64,000 bases of DNA from an uncultured delta proteobacterium (GCA_963808625.1 CAWEHK010000022.1:1-64000), one strand, 5' to 3'; positions 25,571 to 37,051 are shown, counted from the first letter of the stretch. Notes: generated by a model from the sequence alone, not told the origin. Numbers and translations are program-made.

Positions 25571-26556
25571 TCAATCCCAAAACAGCTTGAGGCGGATTTT
25601 CTTGAATTCTTTGGTACTGAAAAGGATCCGGTAGTTGTCGAGACGGATTGCCTGTGCCAGCCTGTCGGCAGTCCGCTGGCAGTCCTCGACATTCCGCTCG
25701 TGGATCATCGCATAGAGGTTATAGGGCCATTCCGGGAATGCCGGCCGGTGATAACAATGGCTCACTTCAGGGTGGGACGCCAGGATCCGTCCATACTCGT
25801 CGAGCTGCCGGGCGGGACAATTCCATACCACCATACCGTTGGCGTTAAAGCCCACTTCGCGGTGATTGAGCACGGCGGCAAAGCGGCGCATGAATCCATG
25901 CCGGAGCCATTGAGCAAAGAGGTCCAGCAGGCCCTCTTCAGTCATTCCAAGGGATGCGGCCCAAGTCAAAAAGGGTCTCTCGACCAGAGGCAGGTCCTCT
26001 TGAATACAGCGCACAACCCGAACGTTATGGGGGGTGGCTTCGAAGGAAATCGAAGATTCCAGGTGAGGAAGATCCGGGCGGTCTTCCGAGGAATCGCCTT
26101 CGGTTTCTTCCAGAACGTCCAGGACTACCGCCAGCTTGTACTTTCGCAGTGCGGGCAGGACCAGAGTGGGCCACCCTCCCGCCGACCGGGATAGATTACT
26201 GACGGTTTCATCGAGCGACCGACCGGGGGGACGGCAATAGTGAACCAGATATTATAGGAGCCGGGACGCAGGTAATTGTGACTTACCCCTGGATAATTGT
26301 TGATTGCGGCGACGGCACGGTCCAGCTCCGACTCGGGGACCTCCATGGCAACCAGGCTGCTGCGATAGCCCAGCGCTCCGGTATTGAAAATGGCGCTGAT
26401 CTGGCGCAGCAAGTTTTGTTGCTTGAGCCGGCTGAGCCGTTCCCAAACTTCTTCCTCGTCTATTCCCAGCGCTTCGGCCAGCGCCTGGTAAGGCCTGGGA
26501 ACGATCGGGAAAGACCGCTGAATCCGATCAAGCAGCAACCGGTTGGTAGCGTCCAA
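25571..26556 (-). CDS. ahbAB: Siroheme decarboxylase AhbA/AhbB (NirDL-like) fusion, frameshifted near 26220
   Basis: Two Lrp-like units: IQRSFP..RPY...VSHNYLR...YNIWFT and QEDLPL.ERPF...VSHCYHRP..WPYNLYAMIH...FSTKEFKK. Confidence 0.85.
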
Positions 26557-26680
26557 TCAATTGGCTCCTGTAAGGCCAGCGTGCGCGGTTTACGCAATCC
26601 ACTTGCAGACGCAACAGCGGGCATCAAAAGGGTAGCACTCATGGTGAACTGCAATATATACTTCCGACCTCCGGATTACA

Positions 26681-26736
26681 ATGGTTGATGGTTGAAGGTT
26701 GATAGTTGATGGTTGAAGGTTGAGGGGTGATGGTTG
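26681..26736 (+). repeat. Heptamer tandem array (ATGGTTG)x8, degenerate
   Basis: Read directly from the sequence. Confidence 0.9.
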
Positions 26737-27876
26737 ACTTCCCGGTCCGATTGTTTATCAACAGCCCGCGAGGATTGGTCGCGTTCAGTGCTGAGCATGC
26801 CAGCATGCCCTTGCCCTGGGGCCTCGATGAAAAGGGGCCGGCGCTTGCGTATGGTCCCTACCTCAATGCCCTCGCGAGCTTTCTTGGCCGGCACGGCTTT
26901 CAGCCTCTGCAAACGGCGTTGAGCCGGCATCTTGAGCGACCTGTTTCCGTGCAGGAGGTCCAGAGCCTCGAGATCATCAGCCAAAAGCATGGCGCTTTCT
27001 ATCATGTTGCTCAGGTTTGCACAAAGGTTGGCGGGGAAAAGGTTTCGTTCGCCGTCAACAGCGCTGTTCGACCGGCGCAGCAAGCGCTCCTCGAAGCGGA
27101 ATTTGCGATGCTCCAGGATCTTAACCAGCGCTTCCCACGGGGATTCATACCGAGGGCTTATGTGTGGGGAGAGTCACCCTGTGCCGCCGCCGATGACTCC
27201 GGCAGGATGCTGAAACTCTTCATCGTGGAATGGTTTGACGGGTACCATGAGTTCCACCTCTCGCGGCGTCCTCCTACTGATAATGCTTTGATCAAGGTCT
27301 GGGACGGCCGAGAGGAAGACACTCTCCTCAGCACCGAGGAGACGCTCTCAGTCTACCACCAGGCTGCCGCCATTCTGACGGCCTACCTCGATCCGGAGTC
27401 TTTCAGCCAAATCTATCCCTGGCACCACGCAGCCGGCGACTTCATTTTGAAAAGGAAGGAACAGGGGGTAGAGTTGCGCTTAATTACGGTACGCGGCTAT
27501 CTGCCCTTGGTGTCGGTTGGGGACGACCCTTCGGAGAAATGGGTCCCGCTCGTGCATTTTTTTCTTAATCTGAGTCTCCGCATGCGGCTGGACCGCCTGG
27601 ATGGCGTCGGAGACCTGGCTTGGGCGGGTCCGGACTGCCTGCATGGGGTGGTAGCGGGGTTTCTCGAAGCCTGGCAGATGAAGGCAAAGGAGTGGTCTGA
27701 GCTTCCCAAGGCGTCAGAAGTGCTGGATGTGCTTCGGAGTCTTACTCCGGAGGAGTGGCTTTTTCTGTCTGCGCCGGTCCTTGCCGACGGTCTTACGGAA
27801 GCGGAGGAACTGGAATATTCTGCAACCGCGCCTCGAGGAGCATATGACTTCGCTGTGGAGAGTACTTCACCAGTAG
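26730..27876 (+). CDS. Hypothetical protein (YPWHHAAGDF motif); frameshift near 27820
   Basis: Long ORF; the alternative frame ends LQPRLEEHMTSLWRVLHQ* at 27876. Confidence 0.7.
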
Positions 27877-27900
27877 CCCAACGCTTCCCAGCAGCCCTGC

Positions 27901-27956
27901 ATCAACCGCCAACTATGAACCATCACTTATCAACCATCAACCATCAACCATCAAAT
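27901..27956 (+). repeat. Heptamer tandem array (ATCAACC)x8, inverse of 26681-26736
   Basis: Read directly from the sequence. Confidence 0.9.
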
Positions 27957-27965
27957 ACGAACACA

Positions 27966-28838
27966 TCAACGATGTCCAAATCCCTCAGGCAGGGGCTCCC
28001 GTCGTTCTACCCATGCTTTTGGGACCCTGGTGCAGGAGGCGACGATGCCGCCCACGATGGCACAAGTTGTGTCGCAGTCGCCGAGGCCGCGTGCCGTCCA
28101 CCACATGGCTTCTTCGAAGTTGTCGAGGTGATAGGCTGCCGACCAGATGCAGAATGGCACCGTATCCTGAGAGGAAACGTATTGTCCGGTGCCGAGTTGT
28201 TTCACGGCATCCGCATGATTGTCTCCGGGGATGTCAAGTGACCATGCAATGAGTTTGCGGGTCACACCGGGCGAAACGAAAGGCAGGACTTCCGCGATGA
28301 AGTCGCGCCCTTTGGCATGAGAGGGTTGCGCCGCCATGGCGGCAGCGGCGGCCACCGCCATGGCGCCGGCCTGTCCCTCGGGGTGGGCATGGGTAATCAC
28401 CGTCGCCAGTTGAGCCTCTTTTGCAGCGCGATCGGGGTCTCCGGCAAAAAAACCGCCAATGGGGGCTGCCCGCATCGCTCCGCCATTGCCGTAAGAACCG
28501 CCGCCAAAGAGTGCCGGTGCGATTTCGCGCCAGTCTGCACCCTGCAAAAGCTTCATGAGCAGGCTTCTTGCGCCACCGGCATAACCCCGATGAGGCTCCT
28601 CTCGGAAACGGTCGGCAAAGGCCTGTGCCAGGGCACCTTGTTCAATGCGGCCATGCGCCATGAGAACCTCGACGATGGAGAGCGCCATATGGGTGTCATC
28701 GGTCCAGGGCCATGGTCCGGGAGGGAGATTGCGAGTCCGCAGTACCGATGGTGAAAGGCGGAAGAAGAGCTGGCCAAAGGCATCGCCAACGGACAGTCCC
28801 TCAAGGCTCAGCAGCGCACCTGTGATGGATGGAACCAT
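27966..28838 (-). CDS. ADP-ribosylglycohydrolase family protein
   Basis: GDAFG, WTDDT, SYGNGGAMRAAP, THAHPEG, GDCDTTCAIVGG. Confidence 0.92.
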   Translation of the reverse strand: MVPSITGALLSLEGLSVGDAFGQLFFRLSPSVLRTRNLPPGPWPWTDDTHMALSIVEVLMAHGRIEQGALAQAFADRFREEPHRGYAGGARSLLMKLLQGADWREIAPALFGGGSYGNGGAMRAAPIGGFFAGDPDRAAKEAQLATVITHAHPEGQAGAMAVAAAAAMAAQPSHAKGRDFIAEVLPFVSPGVTRKLIAWSLDIPGDNHADAVKQLGTGQYVSSQDTVPFCIWSAAYHLDNFEEAMWWTARGLGDCDTTCAIVGGIVASCTRVPKAWVERREPLPEGFGHR

Positions 28839-28964
28839 ATTCGATGCCGCTTTCCTTCCGCTCTGAATGACCTCTCCGAAAGATCGAAGGTATGTGCCCG
28901 TGCAGGTTTTCCCGAAAGGGGAAGGCCTTCTGCATTTTCCAGGCAATCCTTTCCCGGGCTGCCT

Positions 28965-29456
28965 TCATTTATTAACGGAATTAGGGGGCTTGATGAGCAC
29001 CTGGTAAAACAAGTATCCCGCGAGCAGGAGAAAAACGGTATCGCGCAGAAGGTACCATGGAGTTGAAGAGCGCTCGCTTGCGCCAAGAGTGAAACAGCCG
29101 CAGTCGACGTGCAGTCCGCGCGCCATATTGAAAACCAGGGCGGTGAAGAATACTGCGAGCAGCAGGTTGATCAGCAAAATTGCTCCCGGGAGCCAGATTC
29201 CAAAGATAAGAAGAAAGCCGAGAATGAGCTCAACCCACGGCAGGATGATGGCCGCGACGTTGACAAGTCGCTCCGGGAGAATTTGATAATTGCTGATACT
29301 CTTGGCAAAGGCGAACGGCTGTAAGATCTTGTCCAGACTCGCCAGGACGAAAACTCCACCCATGACCAGCCGAATCCAGAAAAACAGTGGCTTTTCGACC
29401 GACCAACTTTCATTTTTGCTACCGTGCGCGGAGGCTTGATAATGAGTATCCATCAT
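28965..29456 (-). CDS. MauE/DoxX-family membrane protein
   Basis: RLVMGGVFVLAS..K, LPWVELILG, RGLHVDCGCF. Confidence 0.88.
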   Translation of the reverse strand: MMDTHYQASAHGSKNESWSVEKPLFFWIRLVMGGVFVLASLDKILQPFAFAKSISNYQILPERLVNVAAIILPWVELILGFLLIFGIWLPGAILLINLLLAVFFTALVFNMARGLHVDCGCFTLGASERSSTPWYLLRDTVFLLLAGYLFYQVLIKPPNSVNK

Positions 29457-29994
29457 GAACTCGCTCTGGGAATTGTTTCGTATGGTATCAACCGACTCTC
29501 TCATACACCGGTGTCTCCCTGAAGACTCTTAATCATAGCAAGAAATTACCCGGTGCGCCGAATATTTCTTCTGCACCGCTCGAAAATCGAAAATGACAAA
29601 AGATTTTCCGCTTCGCCTTTTCCTCTCGAACGGATTTGTCGTAGGCAGGTGACAATTTATGACATCCGATGCGCAGTAGCGACAGCTAATTTGAGGGCGG
29701 CAAGAACCCACCGCAGTCCTTTGCCTCGGGCCTGATGGCTTGTACGATTCCGCACCTTCAGGCACATTCCTTGCAAAATGCCCACGGTGTTGGGTTGCCC
29801 TGTCTCACCTGAATACGCCGCACAGGGTCTCTTTGGTTGAAAGCGCAGGATACCGGGTCTATTCAATTTGCCAAAGGGAACCCGGTGGAGTATGTTTACC
29901 GTAGGGGGAAAAGGCGGGAAGACTTCAGTTTCGCTGAAGACGAATTTCTATTGTTTCCAGGGATTGCTTGCCGGAGGGGAAGGAGGGTTTTCCA

Positions 29995-31728
29995 ATGCGC
30001 AAAATCAGGACCTTCATCAACAGCTATTTGCTTGTCATCAGCCTGGCATTGCTGGCAGGATTTTTTCTGTCCTGCGGATTGGTCCAGGCGCAGTTCGAGG
30101 AAAAAGAGGTGCTGAACCAGATCAGGCCGGAGATTCAGGCAAAACTGCAGGCGCTTGAAAAAGAAATTGCGCAGAAGGGCTATCCTTTCACGGTGGGTTA
30201 CAGTCCGGCCATGGAGTATTCCATCTCTCAGCTCTGTGGGCTGGTCGAGCCCAAGGATTGGCGGCGGTTTGCAGCCTTCGAGAAGACGGAGGCCTATCTC
30301 GCGGAGCTTCCCTCTTCCTGGGACTGGCGCAATTCTCCAGGCGGCACCACACCAGTAAGGAGCCAGGGAGGTTGCGGTAGTTGCTGGGCCTTTGGGACGG
30401 TTGGCCCCCTCGAGTTCTGGGTTAGCTATCTCTGTGGTAAGGTCGAAGATCTTTCGGAACAGTATCTCGTATCCTGCAATGAAGACGGCTGGAGCTGCAG
30501 CGGCGGATGGTTTGCCCATGATTATCACCAGTGGAAGATCCCCAGGACCAAGAACGAAAGCGATGCGGGAGCGGTGCTGGAGGCGAACTTCCTGTATAAG
30601 GGTTCAGATGTCGCATGTAACGGTCCCCATGCGCACGCTTACAAGATCAACAGCTGGACCACTGTTGACGGATATCCGCTCCCTTCGGTTGCTGCCATCA
30701 AACAGGCCATCTACAACCACGGACCGGTTTCTGCGGCGGTTTGCGTCGGTAGCCAGTTTCAGGGTTACCATGATGGTATTTTCGTTGTCGATGATTGCAG
30801 TTACGGGGTAAATCATGCGGTGACCCTGGTAGGATGGAACGATAACCCGAGTGATCCTGCCAACGGCTACTGGATCCTCAAAAACAGCTGGGGCACAGGA
30901 TGGGGTATGAGCGGCTACATGCATATCCGTTACGGGGTCTCAAAGGTGGGATATGCTGCCAACTACATCGATTTTTCGAACTGCAACAGCATTCCCCCTG
31001 CTCCGGGCCTGGATTGTGCCGGTGCTCCCGTTCTTACCCTCGGGGTGCTTTATTCCGGGCTCACCACCGTGGGCAGTGACGCGAATGTCAGCACCTATAA
31101 TCTCGGCGGTCGCAACGAAAGCGGTCCCGAAAACGTTTATCAGGTGACCACCACCAAAACGGGAGACCTGACTGCTACCCTGAGTGGCTTCACCACGGAT
31201 CTTGACGTGTTCATTCTCAATGCCTGCGACCCCAACAGCGCCCGCGCTTTCGGAGAGTCTACGGCAAAGTATGCGAATGCGCCGGCCGGCACCTACTACA
31301 TTGTCGTTGACGGCAATAGCGGCGCCAGCGGGTCGTTCAACCTGCAGACTGCGCTCGCTACGGCGTTGCCTGACCTTACCGGCAACTTTGTGTCAATCAG
31401 CTCCTATTCGGGCGGAAGGGTCATTTATGCAACGCTGAAAGTGAGCAATATCGGAGGGGCCAATGCGGGTAAATTCAACGTGGCCTATTACGTCTCCAGC
31501 GATGGCGTAAACCGCGGTTCCTATCTCGGGAGCCAGACGGCCAGTGCCGGCCTGAGTGTCGGTAAGGTGTTGTATCTTTACCCCCGGTTCACCTCCACGA
31601 CCGCTCTTACCGGGAAATACATCATGGCGGTGATCGATTATGATGCCAGGATTTCCGAAAGCAATGAAATGAATAATGTCGCTGTGGGAGGCAAAGTTAA
31701 GAAGGTAAGTCTAAAGCAGTTGCCCTGA
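29995..31728 (+). CDS. Secreted C1A (papain-like) cysteine peptidase with PPC-like and CARDB domains
   Basis: LPSSWDWR, QGGCGSCWAF, NHAVTLVGW, WILKNSWG; C-terminal LPDL...ESNEMNN. Confidence 0.92.
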   Translation: MRKIRTFINSYLLVISLALLAGFFLSCGLVQAQFEEKEVLNQIRPEIQAKLQALEKEIAQKGYPFTVGYSPAMEYSISQLCGLVEPKDWRRFAAFEKTEAYLAELPSSWDWRNSPGGTTPVRSQGGCGSCWAFGTVGPLEFWVSYLCGKVEDLSEQYLVSCNEDGWSCSGGWFAHDYHQWKIPRTKNESDAGAVLEANFLYKGSDVACNGPHAHAYKINSWTTVDGYPLPSVAAIKQAIYNHGPVSAAVCVGSQFQGYHDGIFVVDDCSYGVNHAVTLVGWNDNPSDPANGYWILKNSWGTGWGMSGYMHIRYGVSKVGYAANYIDFSNCNSIPPAPGLDCAGAPVLTLGVLYSGLTTVGSDANVSTYNLGGRNESGPENVYQVTTTKTGDLTATLSGFTTDLDVFILNACDPNSARAFGESTAKYANAPAGTYYIVVDGNSGASGSFNLQTALATALPDLTGNFVSISSYSGGRVIYATLKVSNIGGANAGKFNVAYYVSSDGVNRGSYLGSQTASAGLSVGKVLYLYPRFTSTTALTGKYIMAVIDYDARISESNEMNNVAVGGKVKKVSLKQLP

Positions 31729-31817
31729 TTGCTTGAAGAACCTCTCCAAGAGTGAGGCATGGAAGCTGGGTTTGGACAAGGACAAACCCAGCTTCTTTTT
31801 TTGAATCACTGCGCTTC

Positions 31818-32243
31818 TCAGCGAGTCATCTTGGTTGGTTTTCCGTCCTGCCACACGAAGAAAACTTCGCCATTTTCCGTATAGATCCTTACCCCCGTGG
31901 CAGAGGTGATCTGGGTGCCATCGATGGTCCATTCCCGCCAACCCGTGTATCTCTTCTTTCCACCTCGCGACACCCGGGAAAAATAGAGGGCATATTTATC
32001 CTCATACTTGACCAGCCGATATTCAGCGGGATTGATCTCATACCCTCCTTCTTCAAGGCGCCTTTCGAACATGCACTTCCAACTGCCCATGAGAAGGGGG
32101 TCCGGTTCTTTTATGACCTGGCAGAAAACATCCGGTTTTTCGCTTCCACCCCCCACGTTCGGGGTGGAAGCGCATGCCGTGAATCCAAGGAGTATGATAC
32201 TTATCAACGCAGTGGTGCTCAGTCTTTTCATTGCCATCTCCAC
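31818..32243 (-). CDS. Lipoprotein, hypothetical
   Basis: Lipobox FTAC; intact ORF. Confidence 0.7.
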   Translation of the reverse strand: MEMAMKRLSTTALISIILLGFTACASTPNVGGGSEKPDVFCQVIKEPDPLLMGSWKCMFERRLEEGGYEINPAEYRLVKYEDKYALYFSRVSRGGKKRYTGWREWTIDGTQITSATGVRIYTENGEVFFVWQDGKPTKMTR

Positions 32244-32324
32244 GGGCGAAGCCTAATTGAGTCACTTGGCTGATAATGATCCAACCCTTGCGATCCTCTC
32301 TGTCTGTTCATGTGCGGCCCCTTT

Positions 32325-32777
32325 TCAGGGTGCCGGCCGTCCTTTCACCGACACTGAGAGCATCGGGTTCTTGGGATCGTTGGTCTTGACAAAAGCCGTT
32401 TTCTTCGTAGTTCCTGTGCAACCCTTGGGGTTTAAACTAATTCTCACTGAGCCCTCGCCACCGGGAGGGATTGTCCGGTCAAAACGGACAAGCGCGGTCC
32501 CTCAGGCAGGGAGGACTTTAATGATTTCAAGAACGGCGTCACCCTTGTTGGCAATCCTGAAATCGTGCACGTAATCGTTGCCTTCTCTAACTTCACCGAA
32601 GTCATATTCGGTCTCGGTCACAACCGCAACGGGAGTTCCCTGGGTTGACAAGCCCTGCGTCGAGGGTTGTGGTGTCGCCTGCTGAGCGACCTTGCTCGTG
32701 GGCGTTGGTGAATGACTACAACTCATTAGCCAGAATGCAATGATGACCAGTGGAAACAATGTGAGTCTTTTGTGCAT
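32325..32777 (-). CDS. DUF1573-domain lipoprotein, probable selenoprotein (in-frame TGA at 32502-32504)
   Basis: Lipobox LMSC; YDFGEV...HDFRIANKGDAVLEIIKVLPA-U-G-T, then in frame IPPGGEG...KTAFVKTNDPKNP to a stop at 32325. Confidence 0.8.
32467..32501 (-). promoter_or_regulatory. Putative bacterial SECIS hairpin
   Basis: mRNA after UGA reads GGGA-CCGCGC-UUGUCCG-UUUUGAC-CGGACAA-UCCC. Confidence 0.65.
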
Positions 32778-33156
32778 ACACTCTCCTCTCTGGAATCAAT
32801 AAAGTTAAAGAGTTTCGTTGAGGCTTCTTCTCCAGCCTACCCTGCAATTACCGTCCACGGCAGTGACCCCAGGCGTTGTCGTTAACCCGGCCGGATGGTG
32901 GAGCCCGCTCATACTGCAACCGGCACGAGGAGTCAAGAAAGGAAAAAGTTCTCGCCCGGCCAAATCCCTTGTGCGCCTGGAGAAAACGACCGGATCCAGG
33001 AACGGGGTGAATTATAACCGAAGAGTTACAGATGTGATGAAGAGTTTTTCCAACTGCGGGAAGGGAAGGGCCTCCCGACTTATCCGAGAAGTGAGCGGTG
33101 GAGAAGCAAAAGAAACGGTCCAAATACAACTTGCACGCATTTCAGGCCTTGTTCGA

Positions 33157-33216
33157 ACCACGAAGAACAGGAAGAGCACGAAGAGACCACGTCGTTTCCT
33201 TCGTCTTCTTCGTGGT
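33157..33216. repeat. Palindromic intergenic repeat (ACCACGAAG...CTTCGTGGT)
   Basis: Nonamer-based inverted arms. Confidence 0.75.
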
Positions 33217-33334
33217 AAAAGAAGGCCTCTTATGTTTGGATGTCCCCTAAAGTCTCGCCCCCCAAGCTGCATATTCGCGAAGACGGGTTTGAAAATCGAA
33301 AGTGAATGGTTATGGTTGTTTGATTATAAAGTGA

Positions 33335-34513
33335 ATGAGCAACCAAGAACTCAGGAAAGGTAATGAACCGGTGGAATTACGTAAATTTGCGATCCCTGAA
33401 ATCATTTTCGGTCGTGGCAGCTTGCGATACGTGGGGCGTTGTGCCCGCCGGATCGGAGCGGAAAAAGTCTTCCTGGTGAGTGATCCCGGTTTGGAACAGG
33501 CCGGCTGGGTTGATCGTCTCACCGAGACCCTTGAAGAGGAGAAGTTGCGTTGGGTTTATTTTAACGATGTGGTATCCAATCCGCGCGATCTTCAGGTGGA
33601 GCAGGGAGCGGCTCTCTACCGGCAGGAACAGGCGGATGTGGTCATCGCCGTCGGGGGCGGCAGCCCCATGGATGCAGCCAAAGGAATCGCCGTTGTGGCA
33701 AGCAACGGTGGGCAAATTCGTGATTATGAAGGGGCCAATCGCATTCAACGACCTCTTCCCCCCATGATCTTCATCCCCTCCACCGCAGGCAGCGGGTCCG
33801 ACATCACCCAGTTTGCCATCATCACCGATGTGCAGCGTAAAGTAAAAATGTCCATCATCAGTCGGACCCTGGTCCCGAATATCTCCATTATCGATCCCCT
33901 GGTGCTGCAAACCAAAACGCGGAAACTGATCATCGCCGCTGCCATCGATGCCATGTGCCACGCCATCGAATCGTACGTATCCAATATTGCCTCTCCCTTC
34001 ACGGAATTGCTGTCGCTCCAGGCAATCAGGTTGATTGTCAAACACCTGGAAACCGCCGTGGAAACCCGAGGCCTGGAGAGTCTTGAGCAGTTGAGCTCGG
34101 CGAGCACCGTGGCCGGTATGGCCTTCAGCAACGCCGGTCTGGGCGCCGACCATGCTCTTGCGCATTCGCTGGGAGGAATGTTCGACACCCTGCATGGCCT
34201 GGTCCACCCCGTGCTCCTGCCTGCGGTCATGCGGTTCAATCTGCCGGAATGTATTGAAAAAATGGCGGACATAGGGGAACTGCTGTTGGGGAGGCGGCTT
34301 GGTTCGTCGGAGGCGACGGCCCTTGGTGGTATCGAGAAACTGGAAGAGTTCTGTGAGTCCTTGGAAGTGAGCGTGCACCTCAAGGAAATTGTTGGCGATC
34401 AGTCCGAGTTGCCAAAGCTCTGCAAGATGGCAGTCAATGACGCGTGTCTCTTAACCAATCCCCGCAAAGCCACGTGTGAGGATTTGCTGCAAATCTGCCA
34501 AGAGGCCTGGTGA
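33335..34513 (+). CDS. ercA: Iron-containing ADH-like regulatory protein (ErcA-like)
   Basis: LRKFAIPEIIFGRG N-terminus, GGGSPMD, HALAHSLGG; overlaps the histidine kinase start. Confidence 0.8.
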   Translation: MSNQELRKGNEPVELRKFAIPEIIFGRGSLRYVGRCARRIGAEKVFLVSDPGLEQAGWVDRLTETLEEEKLRWVYFNDVVSNPRDLQVEQGAALYRQEQADVVIAVGGGSPMDAAKGIAVVASNGGQIRDYEGANRIQRPLPPMIFIPSTAGSGSDITQFAIITDVQRKVKMSIISRTLVPNISIIDPLVLQTKTRKLIIAAAIDAMCHAIESYVSNIASPFTELLSLQAIRLIVKHLETAVETRGLESLEQLSSASTVAGMAFSNAGLGADHALAHSLGGMFDTLHGLVHPVLLPAVMRFNLPECIEKMADIGELLLGRRLGSSEATALGGIEKLEEFCESLEVSVHLKEIVGDQSELPKLCKMAVNDACLLTNPRKATCEDLLQICQEAW

Positions 34514-35743
34514 TGAAATCAAAGCCCACCCTGGACGATCTGATTGGTGTCGAGCATTCCAAGCTGGGTTTTTATCGAGAACTGCAGCAGAAGGTTGCCG
34601 AGGTCGAGATATCCAATCTTGAACTGGCGCGCAGGCAACGGCACATACAGGCGATCCTGGATGGCATTACCGATGTCATGGTGGTGCTTTCGCTGGAGCT
34701 GAAAATTGTCTCGGTAAATCATGTATTCCAGGACGTATTTCACACGCTGAAGCCGGAAGGAAGGTTTTGTTATGAAGTGTTCCGTCGAGCCCAACAGCCG
34801 TGCTCTGCGTGTCCGGTCCTGACCGCGCAGGAAAGCAATCGCGTCTGCCGTCACCTGTCGATCTATCCGGTGGATGGGCAGAACAGGCATTTTGAAATCA
34901 CGGCCTCCCCATTGCGCAATCCTGACGGAACGCCTCACCTCGTCCTGCTGCTCATGCGCGATGTCACCATGGAAAAAGAATTGCAGTCCAAATACTACCA
35001 GTCGCAACGCATGGCCACCATCGGGGTGCTTGCGGCGGGCGTCGCGCACGAGATCAACAACCCTTTGACCGCGATCTCGGGTTTTGCGGAAGGGTTGAAG
35101 CGGCGTCTCCCAAGGATCGAAGCGAATGTTGATGAGGAGTTGATGGGTGATTTCAAGGAATACCTTGGAATCATTCTGAAGGAATGCCAGCGCTGCCAGG
35201 AAATTGTGCGGAGTCTCCTGACCTTTGGTCGTCAGACCTGTCCCGAGTCTTCGCCGGTCAACCTGAATGCTTTGGTGAACGACACGTTGAAGCTGCTCCA
35301 GAATCAGCTCAAGCAATACCGGCAAGACCTCGTCCGGGTGGATTTGGATGAGTCTCTGCCGACGGTGCAGGGCAATGAATCACAGTTGAAGCAGGTCATT
35401 CTGGACCTCTTGTTCAATGCTCTGGATGCCACGCAGGAAAAAGGCGTCGATCACGCTCAGGACTTTCTCGCTGAACGAGGACTGGGTCCTGTTTGCCATC
35501 GAGGACACGGGCTGCGGCATTCCCGGGGAGCACAAGGACCGGTTATTCGAGCCGTTTTTCACCACGAAACCGGTCGGCAAGGGTGTCGGTATCGGCTTGT
35601 CGACCTGCTACAATATCGTTGATCAACATGGTGGCGAAATTCAAGTCGAGAGCAAGGTGGGTGAGGGTTCCACCTTCACGGTAAAATTACCGCGGGAGCA
35701 TCGTGATGGTAGTCTTCAATCCGATTCGAATCTTGGTCGTTGA
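34510..35743 (+). CDS. PAS sensor histidine kinase (frameshift near 35445)
   Basis: [13 protein letters not shown]-box; [21 protein letters not shown] in the second frame. Confidence 0.9.
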
Positions 35744-37051
35744 TGACGAGGAATCTATCCGTCGCCTGATGGAAAAAGAGCTCAGCAGCATGAGGCGAAG
35801 CGTCTCGAGTGCTGATAGTGCTCGCCATGCCTTCGAGCTGATCGAGCGGCAACAGTTCGATGTCATTGTCCTTGATATCCGCTTGCCTGACGGGGATGGA
35901 ATAGATCTGCTGGAAAAATTCAAGCAGAGTATTCCGGATGTGGAAGTGATCCTGATAACCGGCTACGGCAATGTGGAAAACGCTGTCGAGGCGATGAAGC
36001 TTGGCGCTTACGACTACCTCACCAAGCCCTTCACCCTGGACCGGGTGGAATTGGTGGTGGAAAAAGCCTATCAGCGCGTCTGTTTGCAGCGGCAGAACCG
36101 GCTGCTTCGGCACACCCAAAGTTACCATCAGCTCCCTCAGTTTGTTGGTCGCTCGTCAAGCGTTGAACATATCCAGTTCCTTATCGAAAAAGTGGCGCCG
36201 ACCAATGTTCCTGTGTTGATCACGGGAGAGAGCGGCGCCGGGAAGGATGTTGTCGCCAGTGCCATCCACTCCCGGAGTCAGCGCGCCGATAAGCCGCTCA
36301 TCATAAAGAACTGTGGCACCCTGCAGAAAGAGCTGATGAGAAGTGAGCTTTTTGGCTACTGCAAAGGAGCTTTTACCGGGGCTAATGAAACCAACGATGG
36401 TTTGATCACCCTCGCTCACGAAGGGACCCTGTTTTTGGATGAAATCGGAGAGCTTCCCCTCGAGGTGCAGGCGGGTCTTTTGAGGGTGCTGGAAACTCAG
36501 ACTTACCGAAGGATTGGGGACAAGTATGAACGGCAGGTGGACGTTCGATTCCTGTTTGCGACCAATCGTAATCTCGTCGAGGAAGCGCGGCTTGGAAATT
36601 TCCACGAGGCGCTCTACCATCGACTCAATGTCTTCCAAATCAACATCCCGTCGTTACGCGAACGGAAAGGGGATATTCCTCTGCTGGTTGAATATTTTCT
36701 GGGACTGTTGGGCACAGCAACCTGCCCGTGCCGGGTGTCCAAGAGTGTCATGCAGTGCTTGATGAACTATAGCTGGCCGGGAAATGTGCGTGAACTGCGC
36801 AACCTCATTGAAAGAGGAATCATTCTGGCGGAAAACGGCATTATCACCGAGAGCGCTTTGCCTCGTGAGCTCACCCAGCAGACGGATACCACAACCACGG
36901 ATGTCCCCTCATCCCGCTGCCGGAACTGGAGAAGCGACACATTCGCCGGGTCATGGAATGTGTCGATGGCAACCGCTCTCAGGCTGCGGGAATCCTTGGC
37001 ATAGGCCGGAAGACCTTGTATCGCAAGCTTAAGGAGTATGAACTCGAATGA
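35706..37051 (+). CDS. Sigma54-dependent NtrC-family response regulator (frameshift near 36910)
   Basis: REC domain, [21 protein letters not shown]; Fis HTH ..[24 protein letters not shown] in the shifted frame. Confidence 0.93.

Noticed and set aside
32820..32936. Structured leader or riboswitch upstream of the DUF1573 gene
   Set aside because: A plausible promoter (TTGACT-17-TATGAG) is present, but no riboswitch consensus could be recognised; an Rfam search is needed.
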